Source of the DNA: Octopus sinensis
Taxonomy: Eukaryota
Length of the DNA stretch: 64,000 nt
NCBI RefSeq assembly: GCF_006345805.1
Contig: NC_043009.1
Coordinates: 22,816,001-22,880,000 of the forward strand
Direction of reading: 5' to 3'
Position 1 is the stretch's first letter. Each line of letters begins with the position of its first letter. The position numbers and the translations under genes were made by a program. A model generated the notes under the pieces. It was not told the DNA's origin, made no database searches, and worked only from the letters and a program-made list of their open reading frames with translations. Below are positions 39,002 through 50,970 of this stretch, in pieces.

Positions 39002-40806
39002 CGAGGGTGAGTCAAAAAGTAATGCCATTTTATTTAGGACAGCTACGAGGGGCATTCAATAAGTAATGCCCCTGACCCACTTCCCATAGCAGTAGAGCAA
39101 CGAAACTTGGCACAGTTATTAGTCTTTTTCTACATAGGAACCACCCAGAGTTACGCATTTCTCCCATTGCTTGATGCAGCTCTGGAGACCGTTTTTGTAG
39201 AAGACCCCAGCTTGGTCCTCCAACCTGAACGTGACTTCAGAAATCAAGGCTGCATCATCTGGGAAACGCTTTCCTTTCAAAAACAACTTCATGACTGGGA
39301 AGAGGTGAAAATCAGAGGGTGCAAGGTCAGGAAAGTAGGGGGATGGGGGAGGAGTTCATAGCCATACGCCTGTGCTTCTGATCTAGCGACAAGCGAGTTG
39401 TGGACCAGAGCGTTGTCCTGCGGGAGGAGGATGCCTTTGCTGATCTTGCCCCGCCTCTTGATTTTGATAACTTCTCTTAATTTCCTCAAAAGTGAAGCAT
39501 AATAGGCTCCTGCAATTGTGGTACCCTTTGCCAGGAAATCTGTCATCACTACTCCGTCCTGGTCCCAGAAGACTGTGAGCATGACCTTGCCAGCGGAGGG
39601 CTGCACCCTTACCTTCTTTGGAAGGGGTGAGTCACGGTGCTTCCACTGCATTGACTGGGCTTTGGTCTCTGGATCATCATGATGAACCCAGGTTTCATCC
39701 TGTGTAATCAGTCTTTTGAAAAATTTTGACTCATCTTCTTGGCACATCTCCAAATTCACCCTCGAGCACTCGATGCGTTCTTGCTTCTGGAAAGGTGTGA
39801 GCAACCTGGGAATCCATCTGGCAGACACCTTTTGCATATGCAAATGGTCATGAATGATAGTTTCCACAGACCCGGTACTAATCTTGACCTCATGGGCTAT
39901 TTGGCGAATAATTATGCATCGATCTTCCAAAATGGCAGCCTCAACTTGACGGACAGATGCTTCATCAATGGCAGAAGGGGCGACCAGATCTGGGAGCTGT
40001 TTCCACAGTTCCGACCATGTTTGAATTCACGATGCCAGCGTTTTACTAGGTCATATGATGGGGCATCATCACCATAAGTTACTTTCATTTCATCAAAAGT
40101 CTCCCGTGGTGTGCGTCCTTTCAAATACAAAAACCGGATCACTGCTCGACACTCAACAGGCTCCATTTCACACTTGACTCGGTTCAAACACCTGTAAATC
40201 AGAAACCACAATTAATTCAGAGCTGTAATTTGCCACTTACTCTATATAAATGATTGCACATGCAAAATTTCAGCTAGATCAAACAAATGCAAGTGGGTCA
40301 GAGGCATTACTTATTGAACGTCCCTCGTATAATTACCAACACAGGAACATGTATCATACATCAAAATGAAGCTGGTCCTCTGTGGATCACATCCCTACTT
40401 CTCAACATAGTCATCGTTTCTCTTAATAGCAATGTTCCACCTTCGAATGAGAGCATGTATCCCTGCCCCTTAAAATTCTGTTGACTGTTCTTTGAGCCAC
40501 TTCTTCACTACAGTTTTCGCTTCCTTGTCACTGGACTATCATCTCTTCGGCCCCATGAATGAGGGTTTGAGAGGCAAACATTCCAGTGATGAGGAAGTGA
40601 AAACTGTAGTGAAGAAGTGGCTCAAAGAACAGTCAACAGGATTTTACGGGGCAGGGGTACATGCTCTCATTCGAAGGTAGAACATTGCTAGAAGTAGCGA
40701 TGTGATCCACAGAGGACTAGCTTCATTTTGATGTATGATACATGTTCCTGTGTTGGTAATTATACCTGTCCTAAACAAAATGGCATTACTTTTTGATGCA
40801 CCCTCG
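39002..40806. mobile_element. Non-autonomous mariner A (about 521 bp net) built from two inverted 3' ends
   Basis: TA-CGAGGGTG..TCAAAAAGTAATGCCATTTT termini with TA at 39000-39001 and 40807-40808. 40330-40533 is the reverse complement of about 40581-40765; residual DYHLFGPMNEGLRGKH...WLKEQ peptide. Confidence 0.9.
39046..40327 (-). mobile_element. Full-length mariner B (1282 bp) with frameshifted transposase (39119-40166)
   Basis: 37-bp TIRs (34/37 identical), TA TSD at 39044-39045 and 40328-40329. Motifs MEPVECRAVIRFL, QDETWVHH, KVMLTVFWD, QDNA, HPP/YSPDLAPSDFHLF (D,D34D type); ends YVEKD*. Confidence 0.97.
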
Positions 40807-42289
40807 TATATAACGTAAATTAATAAGAAATTTTGGCGGAAAGTTTTAATTTAGATTACTTAAAAACAGGAATTTTATGTCATTGAACCAAGAGCAGCTT
40901 CAGCTAGTTTGGTATCAAGAGTTAAACTGATGTCTGAAACATGAATTAATGAATTAATTTAGATCAGTTTAAAACCCAAAGTTTGTATGAAACTGTTTAA
41001 AAAAAACTTCTATTCTTTTATTTATCTATTTTTGTCTTTGGTCAGTAAGTGTTATTTCCTATTTGCTTCTATCTAGAAATCAAAGCAAATGACTACTATT
41101 CCCTTCAAACTTTGCCTTTGTGATCTAGACATCAATATTTTGAAACTGACCTATTTTCCATTACATCTCAGATATTCAGCATTGAGTTGCTCAAGCAGAA
41201 ATATCATTATAGCAAATATTCTGCTCTATACCATAGATTTGCTTGCCAGTTGCTTGACTTTAACCACTTCAGCATGTCCCTTAGTGGCTGACAATATGTG
41301 CATCTTTGATGATGAGCAGGAGTTGTTGGGGAGCATCATAGCCCATGTGTTGAGAGGGGTTCTTTAGAGATTGAATAAATGTAACAAAAGCAGAGTTTGA
41401 AGAAAATATTAGCCATTTTCCATACTTTCTAGGAGTAAGCAAATATCGTGTTACACAGTGTTATAGAACCAGGTGTGTTGGTATCCAAAGGGTTAAATAA
41501 AGTAGTCCTATATCTCCTCAGAAGATGGGATGGTTGCAGCCACAATGCTTTTGATCACAGATCTGTTCACACACAGTGTTGACTGGCCACTAAACACTGC
41601 CACCACCACCAACAATAATAATGATCAGAACTATTATCTCAACAAAAACCACCTCACCAAACTACAGGAATGTCCCAACAAAACTAATATTAAAGCAGTG
41701 AAGTTCAGATATGCCAGTAAGGACTAGTGCTTTTAGTTGTAAACAATTCAACCAAAAATGAGAAATGACAGATTTATGACAGATTTCTCAAGACTTATTG
41801 ACCTATAATAATAATAATAATAATAATAATAATTGTGGGTTTTTAAAATTGATTTGTTTTATAGTTTTTCTGGGTTTTTTTAATGTTAAAATGTTGACCC
41901 CTGCCAACAAGTTAAAAAAAGATATTTATATTTTTTTCCTTGCAAACACTTAAAAATGAAATTTTCTTTTTTATTATTTTATTATCATGACAGAACATTC
42001 AGGTTCACTGACCTAAGAGTTTCTACTTTATGTATATTAATATATCTAAAGGTAGCAGGGGTAATATTTTTAAAATGGATAGGTGGGAGGGGGGAGCTGG
42101 AGATGTATAGCTTCCACAATTTTCTGTTTTATTTATTTTTTTTTTTGTGGAAATTGAGAGCTTTTTTAAAAAAAATTTCCAGTTTTTGGTAGACAGGTAA
42201 TAAAAAGACTGACAGATGGATAGATTGTTGGATAGATATTGGTAGACAGATATAAACAGATAGCTATACATGCATAGGTAGGTAGATAT

Positions 42290-42800
42290 GCATGTGTAGC
42301 TGTGTTGTAAAAAGATTGCTTCCTGACTGCTTGATTCTGGGTTCAGTTCCACTGTATGGTACTGTGAGCAAGTGTCTTCTACTATAGATTTGGGCCAACT
42401 GAAGCTTTGTGAGTGAATTTGGTAGATGAAACCTGAAGGAAGTCCATCTTATAGATATATATATATGCATCAATCTACATGTGTGTGTTTGCGTATGGGC
42501 TTGTCCTCCACCACAGCTTAACTGGAGTTGGTTTGTTTATGTCCCTGTTGACTGGCCACTAAACACTGCTACCACCACCACCAACAACAATAATGATCAG
42601 AACTATTATCCCAACAAAGACCACCTCACCAAACTACAGGTATGTCCCAACAAAACTAATATTAACTGTAATTTAATGGTTGAGCAAAAATGACTTAAAA
42701 TAAATAGCAGCCTTAAAAAGTAAGTATTGGGGTTAATTTGTTCAGCAAAACCCTTCAAGGCAGTGCCCCAGTATGACCGCAGTCCAAGGACTAAAACAAG
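42290..42800 (+). mobile_element. SINE family A copy with a 120-bp local insertion
   Basis: The SINE GTCCCTGT|AA..T consensus is split by a copy of 41577-41693. Confidence 0.75.
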
Positions 42801-42904
42801 ACGAAAGACACAGCAATAGATATAGAGATAAACATGATCATGATGATATATACACACACACACACAAGAACATGCATACACACACACACATATACATACA
42901 CATA

Positions 42905-43320
42905 TCTCTATTTATAAAACTGAAATGCGAAAAGTTTGTTTGTTTGTCTGGAACGGTTTAAAGGCCAGTAGATCCCGTCGGATTGACTCCAAAATTTATA
43001 GGGACATGTAAAATAAGGTGAGGATGCCAGTGGGCTAGGTTAGAAATCCCTATCTTAAAAGGTCTCATTGCTAGGGCCAAAAACCCACTTTGACAAGTCG
43101 ACTCTCATTCTTTTATGTATCTGTCTTCCTCCGTCACTCTATTTCCTCCCCCCATCACTTTCTATATATAACGTCGATAAAGGCGGCTAACTCCCCTTCA
43201 CTTTCTCTTTATAACTTCGTCAAACGGCGTTCTATATCTCCCCCTCCTCCTCCCCGCCTTCCACAACGCTTTCACACTCTCTCTCTCTCTCTCTACGTCT
43301 GTCTGCATTCATAGAGAGAA
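42905..43320 (+). mobile_element. Helitron-like 5' portion
   Basis: TCTCTATTTATAAAA...GCGAAAAGTTTGTTTGTTTGTCTG start; no 3' hairpin/CTAG identified. Confidence 0.45.
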
Positions 43321-43737
43321 TTATCATCGCCACATCCACCACACAATCATGAGAACAAATATTATGAATCAGATATTTATTGGGTTCATTTATATATGTG
43401 TGTGTGTGTTCTATATATAAATATGTATATATAATGTATATATACAAAGTGTATATATCTGTATTTATGTATATTAAACTTTTTAATACTTTTTGATAGT
43501 TATATGTATTTTTTTTTTAATTATAAATATAAATTAATAATTTTTATTTTGAATTTAAATAATTTCAATTTTTCAATTTTATATTTTATATATTTTGTAT
43601 ATTATATTTTTATTTTTATGTTTTTGTTTTTTGTTTTTCACTGTTTGATTTGCCTATTAGTGGTTTTATCTCTAATTTAATTTATACATATATATATATA
43701 TATATATAATTTGTATACATTTGTATATATAATGCGT

Positions 43738-43768
<31 letters not shown>

Positions 43769-43773
43769 CATAT

Positions 43774-44408
43774 ATATGTAAACAAAGTCAAATGCGATAC
43801 AATAAAATTAATTATTATCGCTGGTGTTCTAGGACACGCCATATATTATTCATATATAAGTACATTAAAAGGCGAAGTGTGTACTAGATACACAAAAGCT
43901 GGATAAATTTAATGAGATGAAAATTAAAAACTTTTACAAACTTAGTTCTTCTTAGACTGCAGTTTCGACTATTTCAGCAATAAAAATAATATTTATTTAC
44001 TCAGGTAGGCTCTTCAGTAAGATTCCTGTTATTATGGGAAGCGCACATTAATAGAGGCACATGCGTCTATTAAATTGCTCTTTCTAAACTATTCAAATCA
44101 CTGCGCAGACTCAGAACGTACCCGACAAAATAGGGTTTTCTGGTATATCGTCTAACGCTCAAAAATTTATCGAGAAAATATGTAAACAAAGTCAAATGCG
44201 ATACAATAAAATTAATTATTATCGCTGGTGTTCTAGGACACGCCATATATTATTCATATATAAGTACATTAAAAGGCGAAGTGTGTACTAGATACACAAA
44301 AGCTGGATAAATTTAATGAGATGAAAATTAAAAACTTTTACAAACTTAGTTCTTCTTAGACTGCAGTTTCGCCTATTTCAGCAATAAAAATAATATTTAT
44401 TTACTCAG
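43774..44408 (-). mobile_element. Tandem 404-bp non-coding unit (1.57 copies), candidate non-LTR retrozyme or PLE pseudo-LTR derivative
   Basis: 43774-44004 and 44178-44408 are identical at 230/231 nt (single difference 43968A vs 44372C); period 404; the unit contains a hammerhead; no RT/EN peptide recognised. Confidence 0.75.
43950..44022 (-). ncRNA. Type I hammerhead ribozyme
   Basis: Minus strand: UCUUA CUGAAGA GCCUA [34 nt] UAGUC GAAA CUGCAG UC|UAAGA. Stem I is UCUUA/UAAGA; stem II is GCCUA/UAG(U)C, perfect UAGGC in copy 2; helix III is the palindrome ACUGCAGU; predicted cut between 43955 and 43954. Confidence 0.85.
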
Positions 44409-45527
44409 ATATATATAATGTGTGCATTATGTGGTCGGTTGAGCTGAAAATATGCACACCTATGTTAAAAGTGCTGGCAAGTTTGCATGACAACTATTTT
44501 TTTCCTCAAATGAAAGGCATGACCTCTAGGACAAAATTCCTCATCTTATAAAATGTGGCCCCAGTAGACCCAAATGAAATCGGGTTATATTAACCAAAAT
44601 GTGAACAGGGGTCTAAATGGGGCTGGAAGGGGATTAAAATTTAAAGGAGCGGGTGTTTAGGAATTCTCTGTTACATCAAGCTAAAAAATTTGCGCAAGCC
44701 TTTTAATCGTCAATGTGTTGCCGTCCATGATGATGTTTTGAATGCTTGCCATGGTGAGTCTACTGTCATGAGAAAGAATCACTTCAAAACTTGGTGTTTA
44801 GGAATTTTCTTTTACATCAAGTTCAAAATTTTACGCCAGCCGTTAAACTGTGAATACGTTGCTGTCCGTCGTTAAGAAATGCCAGCCATGGTGACTCTAC
44901 TATCCTCAGATTCTATCCCTTCAAACTTTGGTTTCCAATATTTTATTATTTTTATTCAGCTCGCAAGTTCATCTGTCCCTTTTAAATGTTAGTGTTTTGC
45001 TGTCTGCCTTGAAGCAGACCTTTCCGTTGCCACTGCCTGATATTTATGATTGATCTTTCTAAATATTTTCTTTCTCAACTTACTCAAGATCTTTTGTTGT
45101 TTATAAATGGGAGATAGATAGATAAAGATAGAGAGTAAGAGAAAGCGAGGGAGAGTCCGAGAGAAAAGAAAAGTAAGAGAGTGGGAAAGTGAGAGAGAAA
45201 GGAGAGAGAAACAAAGAGGGAGAATCATCATCATCGTTTAACGTCCGTTTTCCGTGCTAGCACGGGTTGGATAGTTTGACCGGGGTTTGGGAAGCCAGGA
45301 GGCTGCACCAGGCTCCAGTCTGATCTGGCAGTGTTTCTACAGGTGGATGCCCTTCCTAACGCCAACCACTCTGTGAGTGTAGTGGGTGCCAGGGGTCTGG
45401 CAGCGGCCACGATCGGTTGGTGCTTTTTACGTGCCACCGGCACAGAAGCCAGTCAAGGCGGCACTGCAATTGGCCACGTTCGGATGGTGCTTTTTACGTG
45501 CTGAAAGAGCGGGTCACCTTAAGCTAG
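44409..45527 (+). mobile_element. Helitron remnant interrupted by an RTE-tail copy (45229-45500)
   Basis: Ends GAGCGGGTCACCTTAAGCTAG|T at 45527. GAAACAAAGAGGGAGAAT (45211-45228) matches the 11898-11987 copy; internal diverged duplication 44651-44768 / 44792-44904. The 5' boundary is uncertain. Confidence 0.6.
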
Positions 45528-45535
45528 TATATATC

Positions 45536-46040
45536 ATCATCATCATCATCATCATTTAGCGTCCGTTTTCCATGCTAGCATGGGTTGGACGGTTCAACTG
45601 GGGTCTGGGGAGCCCGAAGGCTGCACCAGGCCAGTCAGATCTGGCAGTGTTTCTACAGCTGGATGCCCTTCCTAACGCCAACCACTCCGAGAGTGTAGTG
45701 GGTGATTTTATGTGCCACCGACACAGGTGCCAGACGAGGCTGGCGAACGGCCACGCTCGGATGGTGTTTTTATGTGCCACCGACACAGGTGCCAGACGAG
45801 GCTGGCAGACGGCCACGCTCGGATGGTGTTTTTATGTGCCACCGACACAGGTGCCAGATGAGGCTGGCGGACGGCCACGATCGGATGGTGTTTGTTACAT
45901 CCCCAAAGCACGGAGGCCAGTCTATGCGGTACTGGCTACGGCCACGTTCGGATGATTTTCTTGTGTGCCACCGGCACTGGTACCACAAAGATACAAATTC
46001 CATTGATGTTCATCTATTTTGATTTGATTTGATTTTCACT
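45536..46040 (-). mobile_element. RTE 3'UTR copy with internal 62-bp tandem repeat
   Basis: (CAT)n tail and RTE 3' end; ATGTGCCACCGACACAGG units at 45710, 45772 and 45834 (period 62) plus a degenerate fourth. Confidence 0.9.
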
Positions 46041-47774
46041 TGCCTCAACAGGTCTTCACAATATATATACTTACATATATACATACATATATATATATAT
46101 ATATGGCTAAACTGGCAAAATGACCATTCCTAAATACAACAATATATATATATATATTGGGCCTACAGTCATGAGGTTCTGAGTTCAATTCCTAGACTGG
46201 GCTGTGTTGTGTTGAGCCAGACACTTTATTTCACATTGCTCCAGTTCCCTCAACTGTAGAAATGAGATGTGACAGCATTAGTGTCAAGCTGTATCAAGGG
46301 CATATTCAAATGCATGGGCAACTATTGTTCATCCACAAACAAACTTGCCTGGACTTGTGTCTTGGAGGGAAACTTTGTAAGTGCAATCCCATGGTCATTT
46401 GTCACCAAATGTGGCCATCACTCTTTATATATAGACACACACACACACAAGTACAAAACAGAGTGGAAAAAGTAATACTTGAATACCAAAGGTAGAGTAA
46501 TATGCTTTTTTTTAAAGCTGCAAAATTATCACAAAACTATTACTTGGAGTTTCACATTCCTGTTCATCAGACAATTGCGAAGTTTTCATCACAGCTGTCC
46601 AACAGACAGGAACATGAAACTTTGAGTAACAGTTTCTGTGATAATTTTGCAGCTTCAAAAAAAAAGGTTTATATATATATAATGGGAAGGTTTACGAAAA
46701 TAAACAAAAGACAAAGACAGGTGGAGTACAAACAAACAAATGTATTAGTATGGCGCTCAGGAATAGAAATAGAACAAGTCTTTATATATATATATATATA
46801 TCATCACCATCATCATCGTTTAACATTCGTTTTCCAGGCTAGCATGGGTTGGACAGTTCGACCGAGATCTGGGAAACCAGGAAGCTGTACCAGGCTCTAG
46901 TCTGATCTGGCAGTGTTTCTACAGCTGGATGCTCTTCCTAATGCCAACCACTCCATGAGTGTAGTAGGTGCTTTTTATGTGCCACCGGCACAGAAGCCAG
47001 TCAAGGCAGTGCTGGCATGGGTATCACAACAACAATTTATATATATATATGTATGTGTATATCTATCTATCTATATATATATACACACACACACATATAT
47101 ACAGAGAGAGGGGAGAGGGTATGTGTATGTAGGAGTGTGTATATGTATGTGAATATCAATATTTCACTTTTGTCACTGCTTGGCTGGAGCAGTACTGGTG
47201 TTGAAATTACTTGTCAACATTTTGACAGATTGCCCTTGACTTCCAAAGATTTGAGGAATGAAGAAATCCTTTACTTTTAAAAACAGGTAGAAGTTGATGA
47301 GAGGAAGGGCATCCAGCTGTAAAATCCTGCTTCACATAACTATTTGCCAGACTCATGCTGGCACTGAAAACAGTTGATGTCTTTTAGTTTTTGTTTCAGT
47401 CATAGCACTGGGGCTACAATGGGCCACCATCTTGAAGGGTTTAGTTGAACAAATCAACCAGAAACTGAATTACGTGAATGTAAACAGACCAACACTGGTT
47501 ATCAAGTGGGTGGGAGTGGTGTGGGGGCAAACAAATGCAACGACACACATTTACATATATATATTTCTTTATTGCCTACAGGGGTCTAAACATAGAGGGG
47601 ACAAACAAGGACAGACAAAGGGATTAAATTGATTACATTGACCCTAGGAAGAAAGGCAAAGGCGACCTCGGCAGAATTTGAACTCAGAACATAAAGGTAG
47701 ATGAAATACTGTTAAGCATTTCGCCTGGCGTGCTAACGATTCTGCCAGCTCGCCACCCTCTATATATAGTTTCA

Positions 47775-48135
47775 ATCATTAGACTGGCCATGCTTGGGTA
47801 CCACCTTGAATATTTTAGTTGAATGAATCAACCCCAGTACTTATTTTTTTAAGCCTGGTACTTATTGTATCGCTCTCTTTTGTCACAGGGACACAAACAC
47901 ACCAACATTGGTTGTCAAGCGGTGATGGGAGTACAAATACAGACACAATGACAAACGCACATAGACATCTATACGTATGACAGACTTCTTTCAGTTTCTG
48001 TCTACCAAATCCACTCACAAGGCTTTGGTCAGACCAAGGCTACAGTAGAAGGCATTTGTCCAAGGCGCCATGCAGTGGGACTTAACCCGGAACTGTGTGG
48101 TTGGGAAGCAAGGTTTGTACCACACAGCCATGCCT
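47775..48135 (-). mobile_element. SINE family A copy
   Basis: Reverse-complement family match. Confidence 0.8.
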
Positions 48136-50098
48136 GTATCAAGTGCCTGTATCATGTGACTTTGTGGTTAGGGTGTTGTACTTGAACTGAGTGATGTGTT
48201 GTGTTCTTGAGGAAAATACATCATTTCCTGTTGCTCCAGTTCATTCATTTGGCAAAAATGTCTAACCCTGTGACAGACCAGTGTCGCATCCAGCGGGGAA
48301 TATGTCACAGAAACTGAGAAACTAGCCTTATGAGCCTGTGTGACACAGGAAGGAGCTATCATTTGACATCCATTATCCATGCTGACCAGAGCTAGCAAGC
48401 TGTGGAGCTACACCAGACTCCAATCTGATTTGGCATGGTTTCTACAGCTGGATACCCTTCCTAATGCCTACCACTTTACGGTGTGTGCTTGGTGCTTTTA
48501 TGTGGCACCGCACAGGCACTTTCATTGCATGGGTGCTTTCACATGGCACTGAACTGGTACTTTTACATGCTACTGAACAGGCGTTTTTATGTGGCACTGC
48601 CACAAGTACTTTGCACTACCAGAAGGATTGATCTGAGCACTTCTGCTGTGGGGTACAAGTGTTCTCGAGCACAGCAAGGTGCCAAATATCTCGGTCCTTT
48701 GTCATCTCACCTGAAAAGTTCAGTGACCTGAGGTCATTACTTCAGCACAGAAATATGTGTAGTGTTGATTCCCCACAGACTAATAACAGGTAAGTTATGT
48801 TTTTTCAACTGCTTATATTATTTTATTGGATATAACTTTCTGTGTGTATGCCATACAATAAGGTTATCCTGAAATAGGAGTTGCAGTTCTATTGGTAAAA
48901 TCCCAAATTTGTAATAATATACATATATATATATATGTATACACACACACACTCACAAGTTCCCTCATAGATTCTGTCCACCAAATTTGCTCACAAAGCT
49001 TTGCTTGACCAAGACCTGTGGTAAAATCCACTTGCCACATAGTTGGACTGAACCCAAAACCACATGGTTGCAAAACAAGCTTCTGAACCACATTGCCACA
49101 CTTGTATCTGTTAAACAAAGAAACAAATGGCACATCAGGTACTTTTGCTCTATATTCAACTCCTACAGGTCTTCCTGACTTTGCCCTTCACTGCTCTGGT
49201 ATCAGTAATATACTGGTGAGGGGGTGTTAATCTTGACAGTTATGTTTCCCATTTATAAAAAAATTTCTACAAAACACTGAAAGCTCACATCTCAATCAAC
49301 TTGGACGGATTTTAGACCAATTGTGGTCCTTTATCTATAATAAATATAGGTTAGAGAATGTAGTCTTGTGAGGTGAGAGAGAGAAAGAGAGAGAGAAGTC
49401 AAATTTATTGCAAATGTCAGGAATATCATGGTTTCATTTATACAATCATTATTCTCTTCTTTTTCTTCATTTCTTCTTTTTTTATATTTTTACCTCCCGA
49501 AATACCAACCAAACTACAGAGAAAAAGAAAAATGAGATTCTTAGATAGCAAACAAAAACATAAAATAAAACAGAAGCAATAACAAAACAAAATGTGATGG
49601 TGAAACAGTTAAGAAACAGCAAAAATATATCAACATTATTTACTTCTCAAATTTTTTTTTTATATATATGTTGCTGATAAAATGTGTATTTTTAATAGTA
49701 ATGTACACCAGAAAACATTATTATTATTATTATTGTTACATTTTTTTTCAAGCAGGAAAGGTTACCTTATGCATAGTATTATATATATTTTGCGTTGCTT
49801 CTTAGTGTTATTTTTCATATGTGTATATGTGTACACTGCATATGTGTGTATCCGTGTTTATATGCTTACATCTTTGTGTGTGTGTATGTATGTATGTATG
49901 TACGTATTTATTTATTTATGTATGTATGTATGTATGTATATATATATATATGTGCATGAGTATGTATGTATATGTCTGTATATATTACATATATACACAT
50001 ATATATATATATCAAGTGTGTGTGTGTGTATATACATACATATATATATATATATATCATCAAGTGTGTATGTGTATGTACACACATACACACACACA

Positions 50099-50135
<37 letters not shown>

Positions 50136-50454
50136 TCAAGTATGTGTACATACACAGGATTTTCAAAATATCAACTCTTGGTATTGATAAAGCAGCAGCA
50201 GCAGCAGCATTGATACTTGATGGTGTTGAAGATATCTTGTATACTTGGTGTTAATAATGGTAATGACAGTAATACTAGAGGTAGCAGTTATGGTACTAGT
50301 GATACAGTAAGGATATTGCTACTGGTGTTGATTGCAGTTCTTAATGACAAAGAACCCCCTCCTCTGCCACCTGCCATTGCTGCCACCGCAGTTCTCTTAC
50401 ATTGGTTTTGGTGATTGCAGGGTCATAAGAAGGAACTGATGCGATATGTGACGA

Positions 50455-50970
50455 GCTGTGGGTTAAGACGCTTGCTTTGCAATCATGTGGTTTTGAGTTC
50501 AGTTCTACTGCATGGCACCTTGGGCAAGCATCTTCTAAAGTTCCAGACTAGCCATACCTTGCTGGTGAATTTCATAGGCAGAAACTGTGCTGAAGTCCAG
50601 CGTGTAATAAATATATATGTGTGTGTTTGTATGCATGTATGTGTGTATGTATGCATGCCTCTCTCTCTATATATATATATATGTGTGTGTGTGTGTGAGT
50701 GTGTGTGTGTATGTATATATATATATATGTATGTCAACAAACACACGTGTCTTTGTCTCCTACCACCATCTCTGTTATTTGGTAACTGGTGTTGGTTTGT
50801 TTGCATCCCTGTAGTATAGTGGTTTGGCAATAAAAAAAGACTGATGGAATTAGCATCAAACATAAAAAAGAGAAAAGAAAAACATAAGTACTGGGTTTGA
50901 TTTGTCCGGTTAAACCCTTGAAGGCAGTGCTCCAGTATGGCCGCACCCCAATGACTGAAACAAGTAAAAG
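50455..50970 (+). mobile_element. SINE family A copy, diverged
   Basis: Head, expanded microsatellite, 3' domain ending GACTGAAACAAGTAAAAG. Confidence 0.7.

Larger units (their letters stand above)
38895..40921. mobile_element. piggyBac-type MITE family 2 hosting two nested mariners
   Basis: CCCTTTTATTACC left end and GGTATCAAGAG-TTAA right end; the halves 38895-38999 and 40809-40921 rejoin to match 5059-5278. Confidence 0.7.

Noticed and set aside
39119-40166. Domesticated SETMAR-like or active transposase gene
   Set aside because: Frameshifted, bounded by TIRs and TA TSD, with no SET domain: an ordinary decayed mariner.
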